Source: Candidatus Zhuqueibacterota bacterium
Lineage (GTDB): Bacteria; Zhuqueibacterota; Zhuqueibacteria; Thermofontimicrobiales; Thermofontimicrobiaceae
Reading direction: 5' to 3'
Assembly: GCA_049322915.1 (NCBI GenBank)
Contig: JBMOPW010000011.1
Location: 32,001 to 96,000, forward strand
DNA length: 64,000 nucleotides
Below the pieces are notes generated by a model. The model worked only from the letters and a program-made list of their open reading frames with translations, had not been told where the DNA came from and did no database searches. Of the stretch, positions 40,807 to 51,562 are shown piece by piece (the stretch's first letter is position 1; every line of letters begins with the position of its first letter). The translations under genes and the position numbers were made by a program.

Positions 40807-41745
40807 TTAAAAATTGTAGACAAACGACACCCACGGCACAGGGAAGCCCTCCTCTAGAATTGAGGCGGTGATGATGAAACCGGCATCTACAGCCAGACGT
40901 TCGCCAAAGAAGCGAAGAGCCAGAGTGAATGGCTGCTCATCAACGTTGACCGCGCCGCCAAGAATGAACCAGTTTTCAGTCAGGAACGCGATGGAATTGG
41001 AGAGACGAATATTGCCGCCGACCATGAGAATCGGTGTATCCGACCAATGCACAGATCCCTCATCTGTATCCGCAAACCCGAAGCCGAGGCCGGTCGTGAT
41101 GCTTTTATCGATTGTACCAAACGTGGCTACACCGTAAGCAATGCCCATGGCAAACTCGCCGCCGAAGCTGATGTAAAGCGCTCCAACCGACATGGCCAGG
41201 CGATCCGAAGTCCGAATCCCGAGCTTTGGAGAGATGAATTTCAGTTGATCGCCGAATCCCGCTCCGGGGATTACGGAAAAGCCAGCCATCATAGTGAAAT
41301 TGTTCGTGAAGCCATAGGAGACGCCCGGGAAAAAGATGTAATAATCCGAAACGTAACCGTCTCCTTTATTGAGTGGTCGGCCCGTCGGACCGAAAATCAA
41401 TCGCGAATAATTGGGATCGGATCGTGTGTATTTTTCTTCGGCAGAACCGATTTTAACGAACCGTTGGGAGGCGATTTTTTCGACCGGAACTCGCACTTCC
41501 AGGCCAGCAGCTGTCTCGACGACTATCGAAGCAGCATCGTATTTCAGCACTTTGCCTTTGATCTGCGTTCCGTCTAACAGCTTGATCATAATCAATGAAT
41601 CCTGAGCCGCCTGATACGAGCTGTCAATCGCTGAAGCAACGCCACTGCTCATCGCTTTGTTCTGGCGATCAACGGCCTGAACAGCGATGGTCTGTAAACT
41701 CATCCATGCGACGATAATGGATGTAAAAATCAAACGATTCCTCAT
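40807..41745 (-). CDS. Secreted hypothetical protein, probable outer-membrane beta-barrel
   Basis: Signal peptide, small N-terminal beta domain (IKLLDGTQIKGKV), alternating hydrophobic strands, terminal YNF; GGAGG RBS. Confidence 0.6.
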   Translation of the reverse strand: MRNRLIFTSIIVAWMSLQTIAVQAVDRQNKAMSSGVASAIDSSYQAAQDSLIMIKLLDGTQIKGKVLKYDAASIVVETAAGLEVRVPVEKIASQRFVKIGSAEEKYTRSDPNYSRLIFGPTGRPLNKGDGYVSDYYIFFPGVSYGFTNNFTMMAGFSVIPGAGFGDQLKFISPKLGIRTSDRLAMSVGALYISFGGEFAMGIAYGVATFGTIDKSITTGLGFGFADTDEGSVHWSDTPILMVGGNIRLSNSIAFLTENWFILGGAVNVDEQPFTLALRFFGERLAVDAGFIITASILEEGFPVPWVSFVYNF

Positions 41746-41852
41746 GGCAGTTCCTCCTTCATTTAGCCTTTATTTCTATTTGTTGATCCCCACGAGCTGT
41801 GAATGATTGTGTCCCATTTGCCGCACAATTTAAAATAACGAAATTCGACAGG

Positions 41853-42386
41853 CTACCGTGATGTCAGCGCTTCCCTTATGTTAATCGTGAAAGTCTCATA
41901 CAGGAAAATAGGAATTGTCACCAGATAAGCCGTCCAGAGGAGATAAATAAAAAGGCCAATGATAGCCGTAGCAATAGTCTCTGCAGTGCCGCTAAAAATT
42001 GATGCTGATAAATCATGAAGAAAAACATGTAGCCAAATAATGGCCGGACGTGCAATGATCGAGATGGTGATTGCCGCTAAAACGCTTCTCAGAACGGTCC
42101 TTTTGTTGTTCCGGATGCCGGCATTCCAGCCAATTAAAAAACTAATAAATCCCACGAGGACTGCAAAAAGCACAATAATCAATGATACTGTCCCAAACGC
42201 ATTTATCTTTATATAACTCTCAGGCGGCACATCAACGAAGTATTTTGACCAGTCGCTATCAGAGCCATTGTTTTTTAAAATGCTCTTATTAGTCTCAGGC
42301 TCGTACTGTGACAGGACTGTCGAAGTTGAAAGAAGCGCGACCAGCATGAATAAGAGAAAAATGGTTTTTTTTCTTTTAGTGAACAT
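41853..42386 (-). CDS. Hypothetical membrane protein
   Basis: Signal peptide plus three hydrophobic helices; GGGAGA before ATG 42386. Confidence 0.7.
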   Translation of the reverse strand: MFTKRKKTIFLLFMLVALLSTSTVLSQYEPETNKSILKNNGSDSDWSKYFVDVPPESYIKINAFGTVSLIIVLFAVLVGFISFLIGWNAGIRNNKRTVLRSVLAAITISIIARPAIIWLHVFLHDLSASIFSGTAETIATAIIGLFIYLLWTAYLVTIPIFLYETFTINIREALTSR

Positions 42387-42508
42387 TTTTTTCTCCCACA
42401 AAAAGACTAATAAATACAATAAATGTTAAAAATTTTACTTGTATCTTGGATTAAAACTTTGTACATTCGCCTCTTTAAATTTTGAAACTGACAAAGAAAG
42501 CGCAAACG

Positions 42509-42868
42509 ATGAACTCAAGCAAGAATATTTCAGTCACAGACAACGATATCGTTCTGGTTTATATTGAACAACGTCCCACATTTTTCGCCCGAATCGAAGC
42601 GATTGCCCCGGACATCAACCGGGGATGGTGGCGCGTGAAGCTGCTCATTCTTCAGATTCCGCTCATCGTCACGACGTGGATTCTGGATAACGAACAAATA
42701 CACGGCGCTGAATTTACAATGGGCGGAACACCGATGCGGCTTGAAAAAGTCGTTGCGCCGCCGGATACCCTTCTCGCTCCAAAGCCAAAAGACACATCAT
42801 TCGAAGAAGATGCCCAGAAAAATCAACGCGCGCGCATCGTCTCCCTGAATTCACCAGCCAAAAAGTGA
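42509..42868 (+). CDS. Hypothetical protein, small beta-rich
   Basis: Clean ORF (DIVLVYIE...FARIE...VTTWILD...FTMGG); upstream TTGTAT-17-TACATT promoter candidate. Confidence 0.75.
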   Translation: MNSSKNISVTDNDIVLVYIEQRPTFFARIEAIAPDINRGWWRVKLLILQIPLIVTTWILDNEQIHGAEFTMGGTPMRLEKVVAPPDTLLAPKPKDTSFEEDAQKNQRARIVSLNSPAKK

Positions 42869-42873
42869 ACACA

Positions 42874-43485
42874 TCATACTCGGATACCATGCTGCTGCAA
42901 TTCATGGATGAGCTGCTCGCTTTCCCGGAAATGCACTGTCGCCATTCCGATTTTATTCGCTGCTTCGACATTTTCGAGTAAGTCATCCACAAACAGGCAT
43001 TGCTCCGCTGGTATCTTCAAGTCTGCTGCCACATAATTGAATATTTCCAAATCAGGCTTTTTCAATTTGATGAGGTATGAAAGATATTTTTTTTCGATAC
43101 GGCGAATTTCCGGTATGACCTCTTCGCAGTGCTGATAATGCCAGGGATCCACATTGGAAAGCAATGCCACAGGCATGTTTTGTGCGACCAGCGCCGCGAG
43201 AACCGCGATGGTATCGCGTTTGGGCTGGCCGAGCATGGTCAGCCACATAGCCCGAAGCGTTTCCAACTCCACCTGCTGACTGAATCGCTGACATGTCAGC
43301 CGATGAAATTCCTCCTCATCAATTTTGCCGACCATGAAATCAGCATGGGCTCGGTTATCGTTATTGCCCAGTATCTCCGGCACCGAAACATGAAATTCAT
43401 CCGCGAATCGGTTCAAACAGCGGTCCACATCCACATCGATCAAGACGCGACCCAGGTCGAAAATGACAATTTTAATCATCCTCAA
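42874..43485 (-). CDS. HAD-family phosphatase (YihX-like)
   Basis: IFDLGRVL, LLSN, KKP, FVDDLLEN. Confidence 0.9.
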   Translation of the reverse strand: MRMIKIVIFDLGRVLIDVDVDRCLNRFADEFHVSVPEILGNNDNRAHADFMVGKIDEEEFHRLTCQRFSQQVELETLRAMWLTMLGQPKRDTIAVLAALVAQNMPVALLSNVDPWHYQHCEEVIPEIRRIEKKYLSYLIKLKKPDLEIFNYVAADLKIPAEQCLFVDDLLENVEAANKIGMATVHFRESEQLIHELQQHGIRV

Positions 43486-43743
43486 GCTTTCTCCGATATG
43501 ATTCCAAAAACGTTTTGATTGCCATGTTGCACTAACTTAACATGAGTTTACGTAACTTTCAGATTAAAATCAAGAACTATTTGTCGCCAGCCCGTCTCCC
43601 ACACTGGCATTGAACCGTAACCAACAAACCACTGGAATGTGAGGATGAAAAACAGGCGAGTCGGCTGACAGGACGATGATCAATCCTGAGAACAGCGATA
43701 AGCAGAGGCGTTGCGGTGCATGTCCGTTGCAATCAATGTTGAA

Positions 43744-44649
43744 TCAGCGGTGGTTTGATGGGCTGGCTGGTTGCACGGTTTCCCCTGCCCTGTCGAAAAT
43801 TTTCTTCAAAAGGGATATGCTGGAATTGAGATAATTCATAAAATTCTCCGGATCCCTGACTTTGTGGGGCTCAATTTCCAGATTGAAAATGCCATCATAC
43901 CCGCGCGCCATGAGCAGGTGGATATTTTGTTGAATCGGCAAATGACCCTGACCCAGCGGTAAATGGGTGATTTGATCCTTGCTGTCGTGGACATGGCAAT
44001 GGACGACCCGATCAAGAAATTCCTGCGGCGGAAATTTGCTTTGCAGATTTCGCTCGTACATGGAGAAGGCATGGCCAAAATCCCAGCAAATTCCCCACTT
44101 TCTGCTATCCAGTCCAGTAAGCAAATCCAGTATTTCGTGGTAACTATCGCCGACATGAATCTTCTCATTATCCGGCCGATTGCGCAGTATCTCCAGCGCC
44201 AGCGTCACTGCATCATCTGCCAGATGCGCTGTGAGCGTCTTCAGATAGTCCAGCGTCTGGTCAAATACCTCGTTGCGGGGGATTTCAATCCCGTAAAGCG
44301 GATGAATGACCCACAGCGGCGTGATGAAAAATTTTTCGTGAAGCTGCCGGGAAATATCCGAGATATTCTGTATCTGCCAGGGCACGTCGGCTGGAAACCG
44401 AATTCTGCCGGCAGCATGAATCGTGACATGAAAATCACGTTTCAGCACTTTCTCGATGGCGCGAAAAAGCGCGGAGATATCGACACGTTCGGTCAGTTTT
44501 AGTTCAATGCTCGTCAGGCCAAATTCCTTCAAGCGATCCAGCGACTGATCCATATCAGGAAACGCTCGCTCCCAGTTGGCTGGATGATTCGGATGCGGCT
44601 GATGCAACAGTGTTGACCAGAATAGCGAAAATCCGATTTTCACATGCAT
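43744..44649 (-). CDS. Sugar phosphate isomerase/epimerase (xylose isomerase-like TIM barrel)
   Basis: LALE, CWDFGH, HCHVHD, HLPLGQG, NLE metal-ligand pattern. Confidence 0.8.
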   Translation of the reverse strand: MHVKIGFSLFWSTLLHQPHPNHPANWERAFPDMDQSLDRLKEFGLTSIELKLTERVDISALFRAIEKVLKRDFHVTIHAAGRIRFPADVPWQIQNISDISRQLHEKFFITPLWVIHPLYGIEIPRNEVFDQTLDYLKTLTAHLADDAVTLALEILRNRPDNEKIHVGDSYHEILDLLTGLDSRKWGICWDFGHAFSMYERNLQSKFPPQEFLDRVVHCHVHDSKDQITHLPLGQGHLPIQQNIHLLMARGYDGIFNLEIEPHKVRDPENFMNYLNSSISLLKKIFDRAGETVQPASPSNHR

Positions 44650-44784
44650 CTCCCTGGAATATTAACTCACACAATCATTTGATTGACGGCTCGTACGGAA
44701 AAGGAAATCCCCTCCGGTCGATTTGCCCCGGGCAATCCATCCGAAATCCGATGGCTGCGGGGCGCCATCGTCGGAAGCAGTCGG

Positions 44785-47565
44785 TCACTCTTCGAACCAC
44801 ACTTCCAGCGTGGCGATTTTATTTTTACCGGCAGATACAGTGACAGAATTGCCATGCACCTCGGCTTCTGCCAGATGTTTCTCGTTCAGATTCACCCACT
44901 GCGCCTTGCGGAGGGTCTTCCAAAAACCAATGGCGCCCTTCACTGTGTCCTCTGATGGGTTGAAGAGTCGCACGATCAATCCATTCCCGCGCGCTGATTT
45001 TTTAACGGCTGACAGGATCAATTCATTCGGCTGAATGCGGATAAAACCGAGCGTCGCAGGCAGACTGCCCCGGCTACGTCCGCTTTGATTGAGCCGAAGT
45101 TTGAGATTGAAATTATTGGCGAATTGGTAAACGCCGCCTTTGTTCCAATCGCCTTCAAATGGATAAATAGCATATTCAAACGTGAACGGCCGCAGGCACT
45201 GGCACATCACCTGGGTCTCGTCGGTGCTCACATCTTCCGGATTCGCCCCGATAATCGGGAAGCGGTACGTTCGCAGCAGCGTCAGACCGATGGTCCGCGC
45301 TTCGTCCTCGTGTACGGCATATTCAGGCAGGCCAATATTGAAAATCGCCAATCCCGATGCGCCATCGCCCACGCCGCAGAACATGTATTGCGGATAATAC
45401 GGCAGCATGGGTTCCTTGAAATGAGACGTATCCGGCAGGCGAATATCGCGCTCCGTCACATCGAAATGGGTTTCGGAGAACGATTTTTCCGCGTGGGCAT
45501 ACCCGGACGGAAACATGGCGCGCAGCTTGTGGTCGCGAACGCGATTGTCCAGTTCAGTTTTAATTTCAAGGCTGCGAGCGCCTTTTTTCAATGTGATGAC
45601 TGACGTTATTTCATAGGGCACCTTTTCCGGATTGCGGCGACTGCGGTCAGCCAGCGCGTCTTTGGGCAGGCTCATTGTCACTTTCACGCGATACTGAACC
45701 ATGATCGGCCCGTCCATAATTTTGCTGATTTCTGCCGGAGCGCCGATGCTGCTGAAAATTTCTTCCTGAGCCGTTGGCCGCTGTGTCGCATGATCGCCGA
45801 CCTCGGAGCGGTCTTCAAAATAATGCAGTCCGTTGTACTCGCGCCCGGATTCCTTGTGCGTCAAATGAATCCGGCCGTCCGGCAAAATTTCAGCGCGGAG
45901 AAACTCATTCTCCAGCACATTCACTTTTGGAGAAAGCGAGCCGAAATTCACCTTTTGCCCACTCTGCGGTTTCACCACAAATGTCCTGTAACCCAATCCC
46001 GGAATCCGCTGCAACTCAATGGCGCAATGGAATCGCCGCGCGCGGTACGGGATGGGAAATTCATACGGATTCTTTACGATGGGACCAAACGGATAGTTGC
46101 TGAAAAACTGCACCGGCAGTTCAACGCCCTGTTCATCCTCGACCGTGAACCAGCGCGCGTTAGCCTCCTCCGGCAGATCGATGAAGGCCGTGGTCACCTC
46201 GCTTCGCTCGAATTGGGCCGGATTGAAGGCGATCAGGCACACGGCATCCTCGGGCAGGTTGCTGTTATCGATATTTTTAATGATATGCCCCATGGACTTG
46301 CGGGTTATGTTGTCGGCCAGATGGCGTATCTGTCGGTTGCGGTACTCCACATCTTCATGGACGAGATCCACACTGCAACCGGCAATGCTGTCGTGCGATT
46401 GATTGGCCAGATGATATTTCCAGGCCAGGTTCATCATGCCGCGCGGAAATTCCAACCCTAAAATTTCAGCGATCCCGGCCCAGGTATCCGCATTCTTTTG
46501 CAGCTTGATTTCGCACTGACGATTCTGCTGTTTCAAATACATGCGGGCGCAGAGCATTCCCGGAAAAAGATTCTGCCACAGGCCGTCTACCATGGTGTAG
46601 CGGAATTCGCCCTTCATAATTTTCAAATCCCTGGCATTGGCCTTCACGGCCTGAACATAATCGTGAAACGAGCTGTGGATGTAGGTATCCCCGCTGTTCA
46701 GCGCGTTGGCGTGATGGATTAATTCCGGCGTTCGGGGATAAGGATTGACCTGATCCATACCGTCGAGGTAGAGCAACTGGTCACACGTGGCGTCTTTCAC
46801 CGCGTGCCCTTTTATCTCCTCCAGCGCCTTGGGGAGATTGTCCAGATGCAATTGATCGAGATGGCCCTGGTCCAGCAGCCAGTAGTCAAAGCCGTACAAT
46901 TCCTCATCGCAGGGATGGAACGGCAACTGGCCTTCGCTCCAGTGATAATCCCACTCGAACGGCCACTTATTCAGCGCCACCGGACGATACACGTGCACGT
47001 ACCAGTTGGCGCGGCCGTAGGGATTCACCGAGCGCATGCCCATAATCCGACTGCCGTCCGGCGCTTCCCAGATGAACTCGTGCATGGTGATTCGATTGTT
47101 ATTTCCGCGATAGAAAAACATGTGATCCAGGCCAAAGCCGAGATAAATTTGCGGCATCTGCGAGGACTGTCCGAAGGAGAAAGGGCTGTAGCCGCTCCAT
47201 TTCTGTCCCTTCCATTCTTCGGTGATGACCATACCCAAAAGCAAATTGCGCACAATGGATTCGCCGCTGATCTCCGGCGTGTCCGGCAGCGAGTACCAGG
47301 GCCCGATATGAATTCGACCCTGCTCTACAAATTTTCTCAGGATCGGCTCGTTCTCCGGCTTGATCGCCAGATAATCATTCAGCGGCATGGTCTGGGAATC
47401 CAGTAAAAAGTATTTATAATCCGGATTGGTCTCCAGGATCTGGATCAATGAATCGAACATATCGATCAGCAGCATCCGAAATTCCTGGAACGGATAACGC
47501 CACTCCCGATCCCAGTGCGTGTGCGACACGACATGTATGTTGTACTTCTTCTCATGATCTGACAT
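44785..47565 (-). CDS. GH38 alpha-mannosidase / mannosylglycerate hydrolase-like
   Basis: VSHTHWDREW, LDSQ, GPWY, NQSHDSIAGCS, LTLLR, RLFNP. Confidence 0.92.
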   Translation of the reverse strand: MSDHEKKYNIHVVSHTHWDREWRYPFQEFRMLLIDMFDSLIQILETNPDYKYFLLDSQTMPLNDYLAIKPENEPILRKFVEQGRIHIGPWYSLPDTPEISGESIVRNLLLGMVITEEWKGQKWSGYSPFSFGQSSQMPQIYLGFGLDHMFFYRGNNNRITMHEFIWEAPDGSRIMGMRSVNPYGRANWYVHVYRPVALNKWPFEWDYHWSEGQLPFHPCDEELYGFDYWLLDQGHLDQLHLDNLPKALEEIKGHAVKDATCDQLLYLDGMDQVNPYPRTPELIHHANALNSGDTYIHSSFHDYVQAVKANARDLKIMKGEFRYTMVDGLWQNLFPGMLCARMYLKQQNRQCEIKLQKNADTWAGIAEILGLEFPRGMMNLAWKYHLANQSHDSIAGCSVDLVHEDVEYRNRQIRHLADNITRKSMGHIIKNIDNSNLPEDAVCLIAFNPAQFERSEVTTAFIDLPEEANARWFTVEDEQGVELPVQFFSNYPFGPIVKNPYEFPIPYRARRFHCAIELQRIPGLGYRTFVVKPQSGQKVNFGSLSPKVNVLENEFLRAEILPDGRIHLTHKESGREYNGLHYFEDRSEVGDHATQRPTAQEEIFSSIGAPAEISKIMDGPIMVQYRVKVTMSLPKDALADRSRRNPEKVPYEITSVITLKKGARSLEIKTELDNRVRDHKLRAMFPSGYAHAEKSFSETHFDVTERDIRLPDTSHFKEPMLPYYPQYMFCGVGDGASGLAIFNIGLPEYAVHEDEARTIGLTLLRTYRFPIIGANPEDVSTDETQVMCQCLRPFTFEYAIYPFEGDWNKGGVYQFANNFNLKLRLNQSGRSRGSLPATLGFIRIQPNELILSAVKKSARGNGLIVRLFNPSEDTVKGAIGFWKTLRKAQWVNLNEKHLAEAEVHGNSVTVSAGKNKIATLEVWFEE

Positions 47566-47706
47566 GCGTTTCTCCTTGTCTCAGCGAAATATTTGATAAC
47601 TCTTCTTTCAATTGTTCTGTTCAAAGCTCTATGCTTCATGCTGAAAAATCCCCGGTGTTCCGTGCGAAGGGCAGCGTTGCCATGCCGAAATAGCCGCTGC
47701 GTCGAT

Positions 47707-49959
47707 TCATTCCAACAGGATCATTTTTCGAACCTGCTGAAATCCGAATGCGTCGAGGCGAATGAAATACAATCCCGACGCCATCTTCTCCCCTGCGTCA
47801 TTCAACCCATCCCACGCTGCTTCATGATACCCGGCAGAGACGCGGTCATTGACCACCGTCCGAATTTTCTGGCCGGCAACGTTATAGATCGTCACATTGA
47901 CGACGCCGGAATTGGGGGCATAAAATTTTAGCCGGGTACTCGCGTTGAACGGATTGGGATAATTCTGTTCCAATAAAAATGTTTCAGGAAGCTCGATCGA
48001 ACCTTCATTTTGTCGGGATTCCACAGCATCGATCACATAAAAGAAACTCAAAATTCGTTGCATCACATCGATTTGCGCGGAGGCCGGTTCGATCAATTCG
48101 AATGGGAAAGTGAAATAAACCAGCTTTGCGTTTTCGGATGAACCGCCCTGATAATCCGACACAATTCCCAGGGAATTCAAATACGCCGTGTCCATCAGCG
48201 CTGAAGTTGCCGGCAAAATTGGTACCACCGAATCAACAGAATCAGCCGGATAGATTTGCGGATTCAGCGAAAATTCCATGCCAACGAACAGGCTATTGGG
48301 GAAGCCAACCACCTCTTCCGGCAGCGGTATTTTTGCAGAATAATTAGCCCTGCCAATTTCATTCAGGAATAGATTATCTTCTTCGGTTGTGCTGTAGCAA
48401 TCGCTGTCCATGTCGAGATCCCAGGCGACGTTGGTTCCGCTGATGAACAGCCGGCCATTCTGGTCAGAAAAGGCGCGCACCAGGCGTTGTTCGATTGGAG
48501 AAAACGTCTCATCCTTCTCGCCCTCATCGCCCAGGAACCAGATGACAACGAAATAGTCGCTCAACGAAATAGTGCTGTCCGCCACGGCGTCATTGCTGCA
48601 GCAGTCGAACGAATAGCCGTTTTCGGAAATGGCGTGACCGTAGGCAAACGCGAACGAATGGCTGGGCTGATTCCAGGCGCCATTGTCATTGGCGCGATCG
48701 AAGCCATCCACAACGAGGATTTTGTAACTCGGATCCGACATCTTCACGCCGTACACATCCGAACCGGGGCTCACATTGGGAATGGGCGCGTCATTGACCG
48801 CCTCCAGCTTAAAGTAGATGTCATTGGCAACTGAAGTCGCAAACGTGGCGGTCGTGCTGTCCGGCGGAAGTTTATTTTCATCGTAGCGCAATTTCCAGTT
48901 GGCGTTATCGTACGAATAATACAGCCGATACCCCAGTAGATCGTCTTCGGGGTTCCGATACCAGGCAATCTGAAATCCCTGCCCCATCTGCCGGATATAT
49001 TTCAACACCGGCGTCTGTGGTGCGAGAAAATCATCCCGCACAACTTCCACCGGTATGTAGGTTGTGTCCGCGTTCTGGCGCGTATCTTCGGTGAAAATCA
49101 TAATTGTGTACGGCCCGGCAGCGTATTGGGATGTGTCCCAGTACCCGTTCGCGCTGACAGCGTTCGTCACGGTGTAGGTGTGGCTGGACGTGGTCGAGTA
49201 TTTTTTGAAGAAGACATTGTGTACATAGCGATTGTCCGGCTTACTCCCGAACCGAAATCGAACGCCGAGATTGGGCGGTGTATAGACAATGCTGTCGCCA
49301 TCCGCCGAAAGAATTTTATAGCCGAGCATGTACGTGCCGTTGTTCAACCGTGAGGCATCCGAGCCCGGAGGGCCATTCTGCTCTTCGACTTTCACGACGA
49401 TATCAACCTTGCCGGTCACTTTGCCGGCAGTGAATTCCTGCTCGGTTCCATCAGCGAAAAATTTAACAAAACGAATGACCGGCTGCCATGGATCCTCGTA
49501 CGGCGTAAATCCGCCGCCGGCCCGGATCGCATTGATTTCCTGACCATAATTCCCGTCTATGAAATGAATATGTCCCTGACCCGAACGAATGGTGCCCAGA
49601 ACCGTCACTTCCGCCACAACAGCATCGCCAATATCCAGACTCGGATTGGGCACAATATGCAGGTAGCAATAGCGTCCCACGCGAACGTAGGAGTCGGTTC
49701 CGGTGGGATAAATATCCGTCACCGTGCCGTTGGCAATGGCGAACACCGGGCTGCCATCCGCTTTGGGAACATCCACGCCATTGTGAAAATGGTCGGAAGT
49801 GCCGGTATCGCGAAATTCACAAAAGGTACCCGTGATGTCCTGAGACTGATGTTTTGGCTCCACCGGCCAGGGATACTGTGCGTGAGCCGCATCGGTTCCG
49901 GCGCAGAGAAACCACCAGGACATGAGAATGAGGATTTTCGTTTTCAATGTATTAGTCAC
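47707..49959 (-). CDS. Secreted M23-family peptidase with Fn3-like and alpha/beta domains and FlgD/T9SS-like tail
   Basis: TFCEFR, HFHNGVD (HxxxD), GHIHF (HxH), GYRLY, VVDGFDR, QNYPNPFN; GTG 49959 overlaps the upstream stop. Confidence 0.8.
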   Translation of the reverse strand: MTNTLKTKILILMSWWFLCAGTDAAHAQYPWPVEPKHQSQDITGTFCEFRDTGTSDHFHNGVDVPKADGSPVFAIANGTVTDIYPTGTDSYVRVGRYCYLHIVPNPSLDIGDAVVAEVTVLGTIRSGQGHIHFIDGNYGQEINAIRAGGGFTPYEDPWQPVIRFVKFFADGTEQEFTAGKVTGKVDIVVKVEEQNGPPGSDASRLNNGTYMLGYKILSADGDSIVYTPPNLGVRFRFGSKPDNRYVHNVFFKKYSTTSSHTYTVTNAVSANGYWDTSQYAAGPYTIMIFTEDTRQNADTTYIPVEVVRDDFLAPQTPVLKYIRQMGQGFQIAWYRNPEDDLLGYRLYYSYDNANWKLRYDENKLPPDSTTATFATSVANDIYFKLEAVNDAPIPNVSPGSDVYGVKMSDPSYKILVVDGFDRANDNGAWNQPSHSFAFAYGHAISENGYSFDCCSNDAVADSTISLSDYFVVIWFLGDEGEKDETFSPIEQRLVRAFSDQNGRLFISGTNVAWDLDMDSDCYSTTEEDNLFLNEIGRANYSAKIPLPEEVVGFPNSLFVGMEFSLNPQIYPADSVDSVVPILPATSALMDTAYLNSLGIVSDYQGGSSENAKLVYFTFPFELIEPASAQIDVMQRILSFFYVIDAVESRQNEGSIELPETFLLEQNYPNPFNASTRLKFYAPNSGVVNVTIYNVAGQKIRTVVNDRVSAGYHEAAWDGLNDAGEKMASGLYFIRLDAFGFQQVRKMILLE

Positions 49960-51190
49960 GGTTCTCCCGGAAAATTTTATAATTCGAAACAAAGCCCACT
50001 GCCAGTTGAGACTGCTCAACATGAACGGTGGGAGTTAATAGGATATCCGACCCCAGATCAATCATCCAATCGGAAGCGCCGGTCGCGGTGAATTTTTGTA
50101 CCCTGATCTGTCCGAACTCAAAACGATTATTCTGAAAAACCGACGTGGCCACCAGCCCAATCACGCCGCCATCGGAATGACCCGTCGTCAGTCGTGCGAA
50201 GATACCGGATTCAGATTGAGGCAGTGTGTACATTTTCTGCACCATTCCTTTCGGCACATCGACCGAATACAGGCTCTTTTTGTCCGCTAAAAATAAAGTG
50301 GTCTCATCCATTGAAAAAGCTGAAGTTCGATAATTACCGGGTATCTCCATCACGGAATTTCCATCGCTGTCATACACAGTGGTCGCTGCAATCAGGACGT
50401 CCTGTTCGGTCAGCGAGTGATGGGCCAACAGCAAATACTGCCCGCCGGGCGAGACGGTGAACCGTGTGAATGTCGGACAATCCACGGCCTTGCGCCATAA
50501 TTCTTCGCCATCCAGATTGAAACAGAAAAGCCAGGGTTCGCCGGATATCAGCCGCAACGTGCCCGGCTCACGCGTCATGGGACGTTTCTGCGCTGCGATG
50601 TAAAATCTGCCGCGATCCTCGGCAAGAGCACAGTCGATGGGTTTTTCATAGTCGAAAATCTCTTCATCGAAAAGCTCGATGTGTGCCGCGAGCTGGCCGG
50701 CTTCATCGTACAACTCCGCTGAACCGCGAGCGCCATCCGTTAATAGCGCACGGCCGGTGCTGAAAGTATACATCGACCAGAGCGGTTCATCGTACGGCTT
50801 TTTTTTCTCGAAGCTGTACAGCAGCCTGCCATCCCCGGAATGCATGCGATATCGGAAAATTTTATCCTCCGGCGCCAGCGTATTTTCGCCGATCAGTTCC
50901 GCACTGCCAATGCAACTCCGATTGGGCGCAATGCTCACAACAGAATGGGGCAAATATGGGACATCATTCCGCTCGCGCCCGTTTTCATCGAGGAACCGCA
51001 GACTCTCAGTTTCTATTTTCATAAAGGGAAATAGCTGAAGATTGGAGCCCAGCCGCCATTGCCAGTCGATCGCTGTGCCCGGACTCTGCCGCGCCATCAG
51101 CAACTGCGGCGTCCTTTTCTCTCCGGCTGGCAGAAAAGTACTTACTGCCAAAGCGAGGAACACTGTTAAAATGACCACATTTTTTTTCAT
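49952..51190 (-). CDS. Secreted hypothetical protein, probable beta-propeller
   Basis: Signal peptide MKKNVVIL...; repeated DG-x-x-L-W / VSPGG / FSMD turns. Confidence 0.7.
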   Translation of the reverse strand: MKKNVVILTVFLALAVSTFLPAGEKRTPQLLMARQSPGTAIDWQWRLGSNLQLFPFMKIETESLRFLDENGRERNDVPYLPHSVVSIAPNRSCIGSAELIGENTLAPEDKIFRYRMHSGDGRLLYSFEKKKPYDEPLWSMYTFSTGRALLTDGARGSAELYDEAGQLAAHIELFDEEIFDYEKPIDCALAEDRGRFYIAAQKRPMTREPGTLRLISGEPWLFCFNLDGEELWRKAVDCPTFTRFTVSPGGQYLLLAHHSLTEQDVLIAATTVYDSDGNSVMEIPGNYRTSAFSMDETTLFLADKKSLYSVDVPKGMVQKMYTLPQSESGIFARLTTGHSDGGVIGLVATSVFQNNRFEFGQIRVQKFTATGASDWMIDLGSDILLTPTVHVEQSQLAVGFVSNYKIFRENRD

Positions 51191-51450
51191 ATCCGATCCT
51201 ATCTCTCGTAACCTGGCTGACGCAAACCCCACTGATGGTGAATCGGGATAGACATGTCCAGCCCGTAACATCAATGATTGCATGCGTGTGGAACGCCATG
51301 CTCCTGACATCAGCCAAGGTGCTTAATCATAATGTTGAACAGCAGTTAAATTTTTGGAATAAACTCAACTTCAATATAATTTAGAAAAAATATAGAGAAA
51401 TGCAAGCAGATTATTCCGGCAATAAAAGGCCATGCCAGATGAATATCGAT

Positions 51451-51540
51451 TGTACAATTGTTATACACGATGTTTCAGGATGAAACATGAACGACCGTAA
51501 TTGAACGATTCAAAATGCATCCATGTGCAATAAAAGTACA
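51451..51540. promoter_or_regulatory. Three TGT-N11-ACA boxes, candidate sigma54 enhancer (UAS)
   Basis: TGTACAATTGTTATACA (51451-51467), TGTTTCAGGATGAAACA (51471-51487), TGTGCAATAAAAGTACA (51524-51540). Confidence 0.6.
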
Positions 51541-51562
51541 TGAGAAATTATGCCTGTTACAC

